Of a stretch of 64,000 nt of DNA, positions 63,726 through 64,000 are shown piece after piece (position 1 is the first letter of the stretch; the number at the start of each line of letters is the position of its first letter). The DNA comes from Mizuhopecten yessoensis (taxonomy: Eukaryota): NCBI RefSeq assembly GCF_002113885.1, contig NW_018405900.1, positions 1,349,392-1,413,391 on the forward strand. The letters are read 5' to 3'. The translations under genes were made by a program, and so were the position numbers. Below the pieces are notes generated by a model. It was not told where the DNA came from. It did not search any database and saw only the letters and a list, made by a program, of their open reading frames with translations.

Positions 63726-64000
63726 GTTACCTCTAAAACGGGATTTAGGGGAAGTTACTGTAAATACAAAAAAAAACCTGTTTTAATCTCGAATGTTTTG
63801 CTTGCGGTGGTACAGTGATCATTAAATTGACGATTCACTCTACAGGTCCGCTGACGTTAAACTTTTGGCCTGATGTATCCAATTGCGTCGTCGTAATTAT
63901 AAGGAACTCCAGGAGAATGAGGTTTTTTTCTCTATCATCATCTTGGTGACAAGGAGATTAAAACACCTTGCTCCATGTTACATTCTCTATTTTCAGGCTA

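Overview
AT-rich, repeat-dense eukaryotic genomic DNA from a draft assembly (N-gap at 26900-27781). The repeat content looks bivalve/mollusc-like, which is an inference. The host genes are a tandem, co-oriented (- strand) cluster of three divergent fatty-acid-binding-protein (FABP/iLBP) genes with the canonical four-exon, phase 1/0/0 structure. Two are complete (145 aa and 142 aa) and one runs off the left edge. Between genes 1 and 2 lies a nested transposon. An 8.9-kb AcademH-type element (82-bp TIRs, 9-bp TSD, decayed DUF6589-type transposase, convergent RecQ-like helicase) sits inside a SINE. It contains an ISL2EU-like THAP + YqaJ relic, which is itself interrupted by a 688-bp TAG-terminal MITE with its own 9-bp TSD. 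The ORF track does not show several minimal type-I hammerhead ribozyme motifs: a tandem pair exactly 330 nt apart (retrozyme/Penelope-like), a near-intact single motif, and a three-copy dispersed family. Also present are Crypton tyrosine-recombinase relics, several modular tRNA-SINEs, a Helentron-like (HINE) element and five large tandem arrays. One array visibly expanded inside a dispersed repeat and one has a dup-inverted-dup junction. The long ORFs at 18.6-21.7 kb, 25.8-27.9 kb and 33.8-38.9 kb are satellite artefacts.
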